A DNA stretch of 63,989 bases, the filler included, from Piptocephalis cylindrospora (taxonomy: Eukaryota): assembly GCA_003614145.1 (NCBI GenBank). It is 6 parts of 6 records of this genome, joined end to end, with 100 filler letters (N's around TTAATTAATTAA, not from the genome) between each part and the next. Parts side by side here need not be neighbours in the genome. Positions count along the whole stretch, not along the records: positions 1 to 11,289 come from KZ988004.1; positions 11,390 to 22,616 come from KZ988006.1; 4 more parts are not named here. One strand, written 5' to 3'. This document shows positions 1-12,637 of this stretch, in pieces (the stretch's first letter is position 1; each line of letters begins with the position of its first letter). The position numbers were made by a program, and so were the translations under genes. The notes below the pieces were generated by a model that saw only the letters and a program-made list of their open reading frames with translations, was not told where the DNA came from and ran no database searches.

Positions 1-66
1 AAGGAACAATATTTAGGATGAGGAGAATCGCTACTTGCACTAACTTGTCAACCTTTTCCCTGTCAG

Positions 67-346
67 AGCTGAAACCCGCAGAAGAGGCCCAGCTTATCCG
101 GGCCGGCCAACCCGTAGGACGGTCAGCCACAGTCGACATGCGTAACACCCATATGGAATATGCCATTACTTGGTATGTAATGAACTTGAAGGGGCTTTCC
201 TTTCATCATCCATGTCTCACCATCCATCCATTCACGTTTACAGGTATAGTTTGTCTTTTTTCACCGGGTTGATGATGATCTCCTTGCTTCGTCGGGGCAG
301 AGGGAAGAGTGGGTTGAAAAAGATGAGAAGAGGGCTGTCCCCCTGA
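67..346 (+). CDS. SHY1: SURF1/Shy1 cytochrome c oxidase assembly protein, 3' exons (5' part outside window)
   Basis: After the acceptor tgtcag the exon reads ...VDMRNTHMEYAITW, then intron gtatgt..ttacag, then YSLSFFTGLMMISLLRR...LSP*. This matches the SURF1 C-terminal NxHxxYxxTWY motif plus the final TM helix. Confidence 0.8.
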
Positions 347-480
347 GAAATTACCCTTTTAGCATGAATACATGGCCAAGATGATAAAATGTGATCCGTA
401 ATGTGTGGACCAACCCGTCTTTTTTGTGCGGGCTTCTCTCTGTACATTAGGCTCCTCACCCTCTTTTGTAGAAACCACCC

Positions 481-3407
481 TCACGAATCCCGTAGGCCCT
501 CGTTCGCTCGTCGTCCCGAGGAAGCAACTGGACCAGACACTAGATTCCCAGTCGTGGCAGCGGGACAGAGAAGATCAGAGAGTTCTCTGGGCAGGGCTTG
601 CCTGGCCATCTCGGAAACTTCTCCCTCTTCCTTAAGAAGTCGTTGCCTAGGGGAAAAGGAAAATGAGGGGGCAAGTAAGAGGAGGCTTTATGATGAACAC
701 GTACCGACGCATTAGACAAATGGCATCCGAGGCTTCGATCCTCTTTCGGCGCTTTCCATGTCGAGCATACACTGAAAGATCTTCAGCAACGGATTCGAAA
801 AAGTCATGGGAGCTGTCTCAGAGGGGGGGGGGGTAAATTGAGTATAAATGAGCGATGCGTATGACCATTGAAACAGAAAAGAGCACTTACGCATCCATGA
901 TGTGCTGAATGACCTCCTTTCGAAGGGTGACCCCATGGCATCGTTGGCGGGTCAAGGAGGTGACCAGGGATTTCGGAAGCCCTGGGACAGGATAACCTCT
1001 CTTGGACAGGCTAGATGGACCAGGTGGTAAGGTTAGAGAATGGACCATCACCCATCATTGAGCTAATTCGAGTAAAAGAGATGCCTACCGTATGGACCGA
1101 GCCTTTCTAGGATGAGAAGCAGAGGAGGTGGAGGTCATGGATCGAGGAGGCCTTTCTCGCATCCAGGCTGCCACATTCTTATCTAATGTACGCATCAGAC
1201 TTGTGGGCGTAGGTGGGATGGAAGGAGGGGGAGCTCGGGAGGACCTGGAGCGTGGAGAGGATCCAAGCCTGACCTGACGAACGTTCTGTAGAACATCCTC
1301 ATCCAATTGATCCATCAATGCACTTGGGCTTGGAGAGAGAAGGCCTGGATCAATCTGTTGTCCTACAGGATTTTCCCCTTGTTCGTCTTCATCTTGATCT
1401 TCCCAACCATGATCCATATCCTCTCCCCAAAGAACCGTTTCATCAGGAAGGATCTCCTCCTGAATGGGGTCTTCGGACCTCAGACCAATTATATCTTCCT
1501 TTTCCTCAGGGAATGATTCGTCTTCTCCAGGAAACAATTCATCTTCTCTAGGAGAAAGCTCTTCCTCTTCGCTGACCTCCAAATTAGTTGGTTCTGGCGC
1601 CACCACTACCTCGCCCTCTTTCTCCTCGTCTTTAGGAAGCTCATCAAGTCCCGGGAAATCTTCCTCCACTCCATCTTCACTAGAATAGTCCGCTCCTAGT
1701 CTATCCTCTTCAAGTTCAGGTAAGGTTTGACCACGTGAATCCTCTTCCTCTTCCACCTCCTCCCAATCTTCACCCTCATCCATGCCCATTAAATCATCAT
1801 TAGTCTCCACCTCTTGTTCTAGGGGCCTATTCTCTTCTTCTATAGGGATATCCACCTCATGCACTTGCACGTCTTGATCTTCCACTCCCGCCCTCTCATC
1901 TTGGACGCTCCCTTCCTCGGCCTCATCCTCGTCTTCCTCCACCCCTATCTTTTCCATTGCAATTCTCGCCTTCTCAGCCTCTTCGCGTTCTTGTTGCTCA
2001 AAATCAAGGATCTGAGGAGGCTCCATGTGGTGGATCCAAGAGTGCCTCGGGCTTTTCCTATGTCATGAAGGGAAAGATAGAAGAATGTGAGATCTTACTG
2101 GCCCAAGGAGATGATGCGAGCAATACTTACCTAGCAGAGGTATCCTGATCAGGAGAGGACATGGCCAATGGGTCCTCAGTGGTCAGCCGCCTTGGACCGG
2201 CATGCTCTGTACTTGTCCTTCTCTCTCCTGACCGAGAGGATAAGAGAGGGTGAAAATGAACACTTCCATCCTCCTCATCCACCGCTCGAAGGGTTCCAGG
2301 GGAGGATATGGGATGGGGGGATCGGTGAGCCCGAGTATTTGAGGAGTCCTGGACACTGAAATATCTTGCGCTGGGAGAGCTATGGTATTGAGCTCTTGAG
2401 GCTCCTGGGGAGGCTGGGGTTTGCCTCTCATGGGACATTCTACTTCTAGGAGAAGCGGAAGTGTGCATCTCATGAGACGCCCTTTTGCTTCTCGGGGTAC
2501 TAGGAGCGACCGGATAATGGTGAATTGAATAGGGCAGATTATCTCTTCCTCCTTGATGGCCTGTGGAGAAGGAAGAAGCACGTGATATTGAGGGGGTAGA
2601 TCCCCTTGAGGATATCCCCTGCCCATAACCATCATTGCCTATGGTGTGAGATTACGAGGATGAGGTTAGCATAATGCACTTATACGCTTCAGATGTGGGG
2701 TACCTACGTCGAGAAAGGGCCTTAAGAATGGCCATGGGAGAGAGAGTGGGTCTGAGGGGTAAGGTGGCCTTGGGGAGAAGACCACTATGTCTCCTGTGGG
2801 AAAGAATGAGTCTTTCGGCCGGGGTAAAGGCTCCTCGTGGACGTCGTGGCGTCCTTGCCTTTGGCGTCACACCGTGGAGCGAGTCAGCTGGGGATGGGGC
2901 ACCCATGGGTGTCCCATACCTCTTCCTCTTACCGTCAAGTACGGCATGAGTTCGTGCATGTCCCGGTGTAAAAGGAACGCTTTCCTGGCTGGATGACTGA
3001 GTCTGCGTCACGATACCTTGACTTGCTAATTGAATCGTCGTAACGCTGGCCTGACTGGATGGCTGTGATCCTATAGCACTGCCTTGGCTAGATGGAACCA
3101 CTGACCTGGGTAAGGAAGGACGGGAGGAGTAGGGTGTATCGAGAGTAAAGGTAGGGGGTGGTGGGGGTGCACCCGTTCTTCTCGGAGTGCTGGTAGTTTG
3201 AAGCGAAAGGATGGAGGAGGCACGGGTGACCGAGGCACTAGGGATGGGCCTTCCTAGAGGAATGGAGGTGTTGACCCTGGGGGTGGAGGGGAGATGTCGT
3301 GGCCTGGGCAAGGCGGAGCCTGGCGGTCGAAGTCTCCTTCCAGGTAGTATAGTTTTCCTGGAAGAGGTTCGAGTATGGTTGTCTGTAGTATGCGAATCTT
3401 GGCTCAT
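481..3407 (-). CDS. Centromere protein T (CENP-T/Cnp20), multi-exon
   Basis: Basic, TP-rich N-terminus with SPMAILKALSR; long acidic middle exon (1085-2026); C-terminal exons give SVAEDLSVYARHGKRRKRIEASDAICLMR|RQRLL...QALPRELSDLLCP, the CENP-T histone-fold signature. Internal exon boundaries are approximate. Confidence 0.75.
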
Positions 3408-3754
3408 CTAATCGGAAAGGGAATAGTGCGATGGGAAAGGGAAAAAGAATGATATGGTGGGGAAGAAGGAAGAGCTAGAGACTAACGTGGTAAGCGAACG
3501 TCGTTAAATGCTCGCGCAGATCGGTTGGACCCAAACAAAGAACGATCCCCTGTCAAAAGGCTCTCTCCGCCCATGTCCTCACACACGCGCTCCATCCTCT
3601 ACAATGTGCCTGTGTGGCCTTTAGGAGCGTATGGGAGGTGGTGAGATGGGCTGCTACTGCCTCAGTCAACGCCCACACGATATTACATTTGTCTTGGGCC
3701 ACTCCCCCTTTATCCTGTTCCTTACCGTTCCATCCCTTCATCGCTTCAGGGGAA

Positions 3755-4738
3755 ATGGGAAAGAAAAGTAAAACATCAAAGAGGGACAAGAAAGGAGAGG
3801 GACGAGAGCAGATACCTGTGTCCGTACCTGTTCAGGCTCCACCGGTCGCCTTAGAGACTCAAGCACTAGCCCAGGGCCGGACCGCTCCCCTAGTCCTTAC
3901 TCCGTCTTTCACCCTGACCTTGGTAAAAAAGACCAGGAAACGTGACAGTAAGGGAGTGACATCCGTGTCGAAATCCCTCAAGGTCACGAGACCTGCGAAG
4001 AAGCAGCGGAGGGAGGGAGCACTCAAGACCGTAAAGGGAAAGGGCATCCCATTATCAGGCTCTGCGGCGCGAAAATCCCAATCAGAGCAGGTGGAACCAT
4101 CCCAACTGGCCATAGAGGCGGGCTTCCCTCATGCCAAGCGACCTCAGAGCTTGGAAACGTGGAAGCGATGGTGCATCCAGTGTGGGGAGACAGATCAGGT
4201 GAAGCGATGGGTCAGGACTCCGGATGATCAGGCGTACTTTTGCAGTCGATGCTACCAACGACGATGGAGGAGTCTAATCCATCTGACCATGGTGGTGAAT
4301 GCAGAGGAGGTGGCTTGGTGTGATGAGCGATTTCTGATGGGTCAGTCCCGGATCCGGGAAAACCGGGAAGCCTCCCGGGATAGAATATGCGCTGGATGCG
4401 GACGAACGAGCTCTTCCTCCTGGGTCCGTACGCCTGATCGACAAGGCCATTGGTGTTACCGGTGTTACCATAAGGAGAGGAAGCAAAAACGGGGGGAGGA
4501 AGTTGGAGAGAAGATTCGTCAGGGCGATTATGCCGTTCTTGGGGGGGGGAGAATCAGCCAAAAGGAAAGTCTCGTCTCTTCTTCCCCATGGATACGGTGG
4601 TCATGTCGAGTGATGAGGATGAGGAGGATTAGGCCGGGACCATATTGGCCAACCATGTATACATACCACTTTTATCCACCTCTTATCCCGTCCATCCCTA
4701 CGATGATAGCCACGAGCAAGGATGATGAAATGAAGTAG
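3755..4738 (+). CDS. Basic protein with two GATA-like C4 zinc fingers
   Basis: Fingers CIQC-x19-CSRC and CAGC-x18-CYRC, each containing WVRTPD; Lys-rich N-terminus from the ATG at 3755. The true stop may be 4632 if the G-run at 4541 is one base short. Confidence 0.6.
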   Translation: MGKKSKTSKRDKKGEGREQIPVSVPVQAPPVALETQALAQGRTAPLVLTPSFTLTLVKKTRKRDSKGVTSVSKSLKVTRPAKKQRREGALKTVKGKGIPLSGSAARKSQSEQVEPSQLAIEAGFPHAKRPQSLETWKRWCIQCGETDQVKRWVRTPDDQAYFCSRCYQRRWRSLIHLTMVVNAEEVAWCDERFLMGQSRIRENREASRDRICAGCGRTSSSSWVRTPDRQGHWCYRCYHKERKQKRGEEVGEKIRQGDYAVLGGGRISQKESLVSSSPWIRWSCRVMRMRRIRPGPYWPTMYTYHFYPPLIPSIPTMIATSKDDEMK

Positions 4739-4975
4739 TGAAAAAAAAGTGAAAAAATGGATTGTCCAGTAAAGTACATCATAAAGATCCTGATCAAGGC
4801 GAGGTAGGAAATGATGGGGAAAAAAAGAGAAAGAAAGTGGAGGGGGGAAGGGGGATGGAGCACGCTACGATTACCGCGCGCACGCATGCGCCGGTTCATT
4901 TACACTCCAGATACACGACCGACGGATGTCTCCAGCGAGTTGGAGAACATACACTTCACATCCATGGGAAACCTG

Positions 4976-5845
4976 TTATCCTTGGAACAAGAGAGGATGG
5001 GTGGTCTGAGACGTAGAGGGAAGGAGACAAAGGCTGCGGATTCCCTCAATGAGCTCTTCCTCGCTTAATGTCCTATTTCCAGAGGGACGATGGAATGGTG
5101 TAGAGTCCGAGGATGTGGAGATTTCCAAGCGAGAGTACGGGACCAATGCCATGGAAGCGGTATGGTCCCTAGAGAGGGTGGTGTGCCTACGGGAGACCTT
5201 GGGGCCAGTTTTTCGGATTCGGGTTGCTCCAAGAAGCTTTCCGGAACCATTGGGATGAGGGAGGATGCTCCATCGGCGTCGATGCCCAGAGGAGGTGAGT
5301 GTTCCAGAGACTCCCCGCCTGGGCCTATGGAGGGAGGGGGAATGACGGGAGGGCATGGGGAGTCGAATGGACCAGGCCGTCCTAACCAAGGAACCCCTTT
5401 CCCGTCCCCCTAGGATGGGAAGGGACTGACGCCGTCGAAGGGCCCCGACGGTGGTACGAGCCGGAGAAACTTGGAGGGATGTCGAGGTTTCCTGAGCGGA
5501 CAGTACGGACCCGGACACCGAGGGGGATCGGTTAGGAGTGTAAATGGTATGGGAAAGGAGAGAGGGAAGGTAATGGATGGGGTTTTGCGATCCATCTCCC
5601 GAGCTTTGTACCATGGCATGAATGGGTGTCTGGCCCATTGCATCTTCGGCCATATCCATGGTTCTATCCAAGGTACGATCCGAAATGGTCATTGCTTGGT
5701 AGTGCTGAAGCAGAGTATCAGTCATTGCATTCTCCATTTTGAGAGGAGGCGGTGTGCAGGATTGAGAGCGAGGGAGTAGTGAAGATGCAAAAGGGGAAAG
5801 GAGGAAGGGGGGAGGGGCGGTGAAGAATACTGGGAACGGATGCAC
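4976..5845 (-). CDS. Hypothetical Ser/Arg-rich protein
   Basis: 289-aa ORF, low complexity, no recognisable domain; the start is probably a downstream Met. Confidence 0.4.
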   Translation of the reverse strand: MHPFPVFFTAPPPFLLSPFASSLLPRSQSCTPPPLKMENAMTDTLLQHYQAMTISDRTLDRTMDMAEDAMGQTPIHAMVQSSGDGSQNPIHYLPSLLSHTIYTPNRSPSVSGSVLSAQETSTSLQVSPARTTVGALRRRQSLPILGGRERGSLVRTAWSIRLPMPSRHSPSLHRPRRGVSGTLTSSGHRRRWSILPHPNGSGKLLGATRIRKTGPKVSRRHTTLSRDHTASMALVPYSRLEISTSSDSTPFHRPSGNRTLSEEELIEGIRSLCLLPSTSQTTHPLLFQG

Positions 5846-6924
5846 ACCCAGTCCTGGGTTTTATAGTCCCATCTCCGTCCCGTCTAGTCCCACCAATCCT
5901 TACCTTCTCCCCCTTCCCAAATCCCACCGTCATATCTCACTCCTGGCCCTTCCTCTCTCTCTTCCTCCCTCTCCCCTCTATGCCTCGCCAGAGGGGAAGG
6001 GTGTCATGTGGGTGCTGGGTGCATGGACGAGAAGGATAGGTAAAAAGGGGGCAGTTTGCTTGTGTGTGTACTTGTGTGCCTGTGCCTGTGTCTGTGTGTG
6101 CGTCTATGCTCTTTACCTACTTGCTTGTATCTGCATCTGTACGTGTGTGTGTCTGGGTTCAAAGGGAAGGAGATGGGGCTAAAGCAAGCGTGTGTCCCTC
6201 ATCCCACTTGTTCATCCACCCCATCCTGTACCTCAACATGCTACTATACCCTCATTCTCTCACGTCCATCCAGATTTCACGCCGTGTGATCACAGTCACT
6301 GTAGGAGTTGGCAAAGTCCGACATGTGCGGAGTCAAGTGTCTTGTTCAACTCCGTCCGTCCCTTTTCAGCTCCGCTTGTCCTCCCCGATGCGCCTCTCCA
6401 GGGAGGGCTTGAACCCGAACCTGAAGGGTCTTTCAAGGATGCTTTCCCCCCCTTTTGAGTGTATTACACTCGAGGGTGGATAAGTGTATCCATGGTGCTG
6501 CCACTGCTAGGACAGAGGCGAAAAGATAGAGATCGGATCTCATATACGCTGTGTGAAACGAGAAAGGACGAGGATAATGTGTAATATGGCATGCCCAAGC
6601 AAAAAAAGCGCGACTTGGATAATATCCTGCGGTCTTTGAGACTGAAGGCTCATTTAAACCCCATTGTATCCTCCTCGTTCTCCAAAGATGATTATAAAGA
6701 TTGATTATTTAGATATCCCTAGAGTAAATGCTAAAACTATTACTTTGTATAACAACAGCAGCAATACTCCTCATTCCTCCCTAATCCAGGGGGGGAGGGA
6801 AACAAGGCTGACAAGTAGTCTATTAGGACAACCCCCACGGTAAATCGGGCTCAGTTCATCCCTTCTTCTTCCTCTCCCAACCCCCACTTCTTCTCTGTCT
6901 TTGCCTCATCCCTCAGGCCTCGAC

Positions 6925-8461
6925 ATGCCCAGCTATCCCCTACATCACGGCATCCCCTTGGTGTTCCTAGGCCTTTCTTTGGCCTGGTATGAGTATCGCC
7001 TGGCCCACACCGTCCCAGAACCCTATATGGATGAGCCCTTTCATGTGCCTCAGGCCAGGTTACTGTGTGAGACTGGCTCCCTCTTGCCCTATGATCCTAA
7101 ACTCACCACCCCTCCCGGTCTCTACCTCGTCTCCACGGCCCTGCTTCTTCCCTTGCGACTCCTGTTTCAAGCCTGGACGGACGTGTCCTGGACCTGTGGG
7201 ACTACGGCCCTCCGTGTCACCAATGCCATCCTCGGCCTGCTACTCTACCTTGCCCTGGTTCGTCATATGGGCGTGCATTCCGCTGTGGATTCTAGCCCAG
7301 CCCGCACGGGTACAGGCGGGAGGCCAAGTAGCCCCTTGGGCGGTCGAGTTTGGGTGGCCCTGGCCATCACCTCCTTCCCCACCCTGTACTTTTTCCACGG
7401 TCTCTACTACACTGACACTGGATCCGCCCTTTGTGTCCTCACCGCGTACACCCTCGCCCACCAGGGAAAGACCATATCATCCGCCATCCTCGCTGCCTTT
7501 GCCATCCTCTTTCGCCAAACCAATGTAGTTTGGATCCTCCTCATCGCCCTTGAGGCCCTCTACACCTCCCTCCCTACCTCCTCCCATCCACATCTGGTCA
7601 AAGAGGCTCATTTGGATCAAACTGCTAATCGCACCTCACCTTCCCAGATGCTGCATGGGACTGGGATTTTGATCCGCACCATCCTATTCAACCCCTCTTC
7701 CATATTCCCCCTCCTTCCATATGCTGCGGTCATTGGGGCCTTTGGGGCTTTCCTCATCTGGAATCAGGGCATTGTCCTCGGCGACAAAATGAATCATGTT
7801 GCTGGCATTCATCTACCCCAACTCCTGTACTTCTCCGTTTTCCTCACCCTAGCCACGGCCCCTGCCTCCCTTCGACCCTCCTCCCTGACTCGACATACCC
7901 GATGGATCCTCCAGGCTCCTCTTCAGTACCTCCTGGCGTGTCTAGCCGTCCTGGCCGCCATCCATCATTCTACCCTGGCCCATCCCTTCCTTTTGAGTGA
8001 CAATCGGCATTCAACCTTTTATCTATGGCGATGGTTCCTCTCTCGCCCCGTCATTCGCTATTCCCTTACTCCTCTCTATGTGTTTTGCATTTGGCATTGT
8101 ACTCGGTCCTTGGGTAGGTCGAAGGGAGAGGAGGGAGGGGAGTCTATCGTACGCAACTGATCACTTAAATCCCCATATCCCGTACTATGCTATAGCTGCA
8201 AGAGCAAATTACCTTTGGTGCTTGGGATATCTGACGTGCACGGCTATCATTCTCATTCCATCCCCACTCATTGAACTCCGGTACTTTACCATCCCATACG
8301 TCCTCGCCCGGGTTCAGCTGGGGTTCAAGAGACCGGGTCTACTGGCCCTTCTGGTTGAATTGGCCCTTTGGTTCACTGTCAATCTAGGGACCATCCATCT
8401 CTTCTTGGAACGCCCATTTACCTGGCCAGGCCATGAGGAGGCTCAGAGGTTTATGTGGTAA
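6925..8461 (+). CDS. ALG10: Alpha-1,2-glucosyltransferase (ALG10/DIE2), 2 exons
   Basis: Motifs VPEPYMDEPFHVPQA, DPKLTTPPGLY, LYYTD, FRQTNVVW, IVLGDK, HPFLLSDNRH, LIELRYF, QRFMW*; intron at about 8114-8195. Confidence 0.95.
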
Positions 8462-8595
8462 AGGAACGCTCTTTTATCTATTGGATAGAGAGATGATTCA
8501 TGTAAGGAATGATGATTAACGCATCAAGGGAGATAGAGATCTATAAAATAAACGAAAAGAAGTAATCATCATCATCCTCTTACACCCTGCCTGCC

Positions 8596-10396
8596 TCAGC
8601 TTTCCATCAGCTCTACCATCCCGCCCTCGGCCTTGGCTTCGGCAGCCACTTCATCCAATGCCACAAGATCCCATCCCAGAGCTCCTTTGTTCAGGGGAAA
8701 GTGATGGAGTTCGCTGGCCAAACTCTTGATCTGTTCCTCACTGCTCATCCCCCGGGCGAAAGTGTCAGATACATAGGAGGGATACATGGCATCCTTCTAT
8801 CCCACACTTACCTTGCACTTTGGATCCACCGACAATAATCGTCCACCCAGATTCGACTGTACACGTAGTACACGTCATGTCGGTCCAGGATGGATTTGAC
8901 CTGGAGAAGGGCCCGAAGACACGCCACTCGTCCTAGCTTCAGCAAAACATAGACGTCCCGAAGTACCTGTCCCACTAGATCTATGCTCCGGTACAGGGGG
9001 TAGGCCAGAGCTCGTCGTGCACATGTCCTCACTACCTGAGCCAATGTTTGAAATTCCTGTAATAGTTTTGGATGAGGATATGAACGATTAGGATAGGAGG
9101 ATACGGTATTCAATCCACGGGTTTATCCAACTCGTACCATAAACCCGGAAATGCTGGCCGAGAGCTTGCTGATTAGCCAAGCAGATTCAACTGTCGGTTC
9201 CCCCTCATTGACACGATGATCATAGCTGTAGGCAAAAAGGAGGTCCACGAGACCCAGGTAAATGGTCTTTTCATCATCAAGAAGATCTAGTTGTCGGGGT
9301 GGGGGTGAGGAGCGATCAGGATGCTAGATAATGAATCGCAGGACCTACATTCTTTTCGCGGGAGTTGAAGCATCATCTCTTGGTCTTTGGAACTCAGGGT
9401 AAGGGCAGAGGAGGCTTTCTTGGAGGCATCAGCGTTCTCCAAGGGGCCTGTGGTTTTATCTTCTGACTTGACACGTTGAATATCCCGAAGGGCCTTCCAC
9501 CACCCCGTCCGGTACTGGAGGACATGGGCATAATCCTCTGCGTTGACCATATCCGCGCTATACAAAGGGAGGTGAGCGAGTGAATGATACACCCCTTTCT
9601 CGGATGGACGTACATGTAGTAATCTTCGTCAAATTTCCCATTCTCCATGGTTTCCCGTTGCTCCACACGGTCTGAAAGTGCCGTGATCTCCGGGTCCAGG
9701 ATCTCACACACCTCATCTACTGATCTTTCCCTCCAGTGGAGAAAGTACCCCGAGTAGGCCCGGTTAAAGCCGTATTTAACGCCTCCCAATGCCTCGGTCA
9801 GTGGCTCTTCAGGGAGGTTTTGCGGGAGCTGCCAGTCAAATTCCTTGGCTTCTGAAAAGGCTGGATCTCCCTTCTCATCCATTGACTCATGCTTCATGTC
9901 CTCCCCACCATCCTCCTCCAGCACCTCGATCAATGGTCCCTGCGGCCTCTCCACGCGACGGGCCAGGAGAGTAGTCAACATGTCCAGACCCTCAAAGGTC
10001 TCCCCGGGCGTTTCTTTGGGGAGTTTACACGTAATAATCCCTGCTGCCACATCATAAGATGAGGTTGCCCGATCATCCTCTACTACCCTTCCTGGCAAAT
10101 GAAGTCTGCATTGATAGGATGAGGTACAGGAGAAGTTGAGGATGGCAGCATGCTCTACTGCCTCCGCCCGGTTGTCTTACCGTAGAAAGTAGGGTGCAAG
10201 ATGAAACTTGAACTCATCTCCCTCAATGTACAACTCCACGTCCGTTGCCTATCCTCCAGGGAAGGAAGGGGTCTTTAGGAGGATGGTCTTGTTGGTCCGT
10301 CTTGTGAACAGGACCACTTACACGAATATGAGGAGCATGGATCTCCACCTTGACAAACTCCTGGTCTTGGTCCACGGAAAACTTTGGCGTGATCAT
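8596..10396 (-). CDS. SHQ1: H/ACA snoRNP assembly factor Shq1, multi-exon
   Basis: Start MITPKFSVDQD, CS domain, GLDMLTTLL, YGFNRAYSGYF, KFDEDYY, RRALAYPLYRS, LNKGALGWDL. Confidence 0.93.
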
Positions 10397-10772
10397 CTTG
10401 TGGGTTCAAGGAGAGGGAGGATGGGAGGGAAGAAAGAAAGGAAAGAGGGGGGAGGGGGGTGTGGAGAGAAACATGGAAAATCGATATACTCAGTCACAAA
10501 GCTTTTTGTTTTTAACTACTGAGTTCTTATGTATGCCTCATATCTATCCGTCAATAACAACGGATATAGGGCAAATCTCTAGTGTAAAGATGCCAATTAA
10601 ATGACTGATTCATTAAAGGCACTTTGGAAATCCTAGCCATGATCATGAGCACTAATCGTTAACTTCATTGAAACGAGTATTCCAATGACTACGACGAACC
10701 AGCTTTATCCTATACAAGGGTACTTCATTCTGTAATAACATCATGGAAACCCATCCGTGCCCTCTTCCTACT

Positions 10773-11275
10773 CTAGTCCTCCTCCTCTTCCATCACGTCC
10801 TCCTCGGCCTTTGGAGGCGGAGGGCCACAGGGCTGGAGCATCCGCTATTGACAACCCAGTTGAAAGGATGGGGATTATCTCATTAGTCAAAAAGAAAAAA
10901 ATAATGGTCCACTCGTAGCCTATCCTTACCTCAAGAAGGTTCATTCGGGTACGAGCTGCTGTTTCTCCCTCGGCAATCGCAAAGTAGCTGACGAGGCCGG
11001 GCTGGGCGACGTACAATGCCGAGGAATCTCGGTGCTGATTGACCAGCCACTCATACTTGGTGATATCGGCATGGCCTGTCCCAACATACTTGCTCTGTAC
11101 TGATGGGAGGAAAACGGATAAGTACATGAGTGACTTGGCCAAGTGACCGAGCCCCCCCTCGTCCCTATCCCTTACAATGCTCAAGCTGACTGTTGATATT
11201 GATCTTATCCTATGAGGAGAGACAGAGGTAAGTGAATAAGACCTGAGTGAATAGATCACTATTTATGCTTACCAT
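10773..11275 (-). CDS. SF3B5: Splicing factor 3B subunit 5 (SF3b10/Ysf3), multi-exon
   Basis: QSKYVGTGHADITKYEWLVNQHRDS...FAIAEGE...MLQPCGPPP; first exon is ATG only (ATG|gtaag). Confidence 0.93.
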
Positions 11276-11289
11276 GATGGTTTTGGTAC

Positions 11290-11389
11290 NNNNNNNNNNN
11301 NNNNNNNNNNNNNNNNNNNNNNNNNNNNNNNNNTTAATTAATTAANNNNNNNNNNNNNNNNNNNNNNNNNNNNNNNNNNNNNNNNNNNN
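11290..11389. other. Artificial contig linker
   Basis: 44 N + ttaattaattaa (stops in all six frames) + 44 N. Confidence 0.99.
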
Positions 11390-11568
11390 CTGTCCTATTC
11401 TCCGTCCATCCACTAGCAAACGAATGACTGCGCTAAACCAAAAGTCTTAGATCCCCTCCCTCGTGGTTAGTTGCGTGTGTAGATATAGAAGGGAGGAGGT
11501 TACAAGGACGTCCACTTTGGTCCTAATCAGTCATCCGTTTGCTAGTGGATGGACGGAGAATAGGACAG
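11390..11568. repeat. 41-bp inverted repeat (1 mismatch) with 97-bp spacer at the contig start
   Basis: ctgtcctattctccgtccatccactagcaaacgaatgactg (11390-11430) versus cagtcatccgtttgctagtggatggacggagaataggacag (11528-11568). Confidence 0.9.
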
Positions 11569-12637
11569 AGCCGCCCTGTATTATGCTCCTCGCTGCCTGC
11601 TCATAGCCCATTGCGCCTTTGAGTCACCTTCCATAACGGGGCGGTGCACATCTCTCTCAAAGGGACGATAGACAAAGGAAATGCTCCTCTACTCACTGAT
11701 CGGCCATCTCACAAGTTACCAGATAGCCGCTCAATGTTTCTTTGATCCTTTGGTAATTTTGGCCTCATCATCCCCATTCAAAAGGCTAATGGTATGGCCA
11801 AGGTAACCTGTGAAGGCCTTGGTACCACAAAGTTTCTGCCCGCTCTTCCCAATCATCATAGCCTTTAAAAAAGGCTGAAATCAAGGGGTGAGGGGATAGG
11901 GGAGATCCCCTTCATTGGGGCCAACAAAGACCTGATCTGCTGCACTAACTCACTCATCCAATTTAGTGAAACCACTTCCTATTTAGGCAGGTATATAGGA
12001 AGGAAGGGATGGGAGGCGAGAAGGAATGCGAGAGGTTGCGCTGTCTGAATATAAAAGGACCAGTGTGGCTCTTGACTTGGCCGGTCGTGCCGCACTATCG
12101 AGTGGCACCCCTACAAGACTCGCCTCATTCCATTTATACATCATCCTGCCTTAATTCGCTCTCATTACCTCCCGGCTATTCCTCTTCTTTGCTTACCTTG
12201 GTGTCCTTCGCTATAGAGGAAAGGGAAGTAGGACTCGAGATGTTTAATTGGTTCTTGTGTATAGGAACAACAGCTCTCTAGACATGCGGCTAGAGTCATG
12301 CTCCACACTGATCTCACATTTACGCTGCCTACACTCCACTGCCATCAGAGTAGCATGTGTGTGATCTAGCCACATCGCCCCTGTGTCCCTCCTGCTTCTT
12401 CGGGTCATCACGCCTCATCACCCGCTCCTCTTAAATGGGCAAGCCCTCACACGAATGGGGAGGAATAGGAGTGAGGCGGGTATAAACAAAGCCACAGCCT
12501 TGAACATTCTTAGCTTGCTCCTTCATTCCTCCCTCCTATCTCTCTCTCTTTTCCGCACCATCTCAGTGGTTCTCTCTCCCTCCCTCTTTGTCTTCCTACC
12601 CCAGTGCCTCACTTACTGCTTAGTTCACCTTGTCGAC

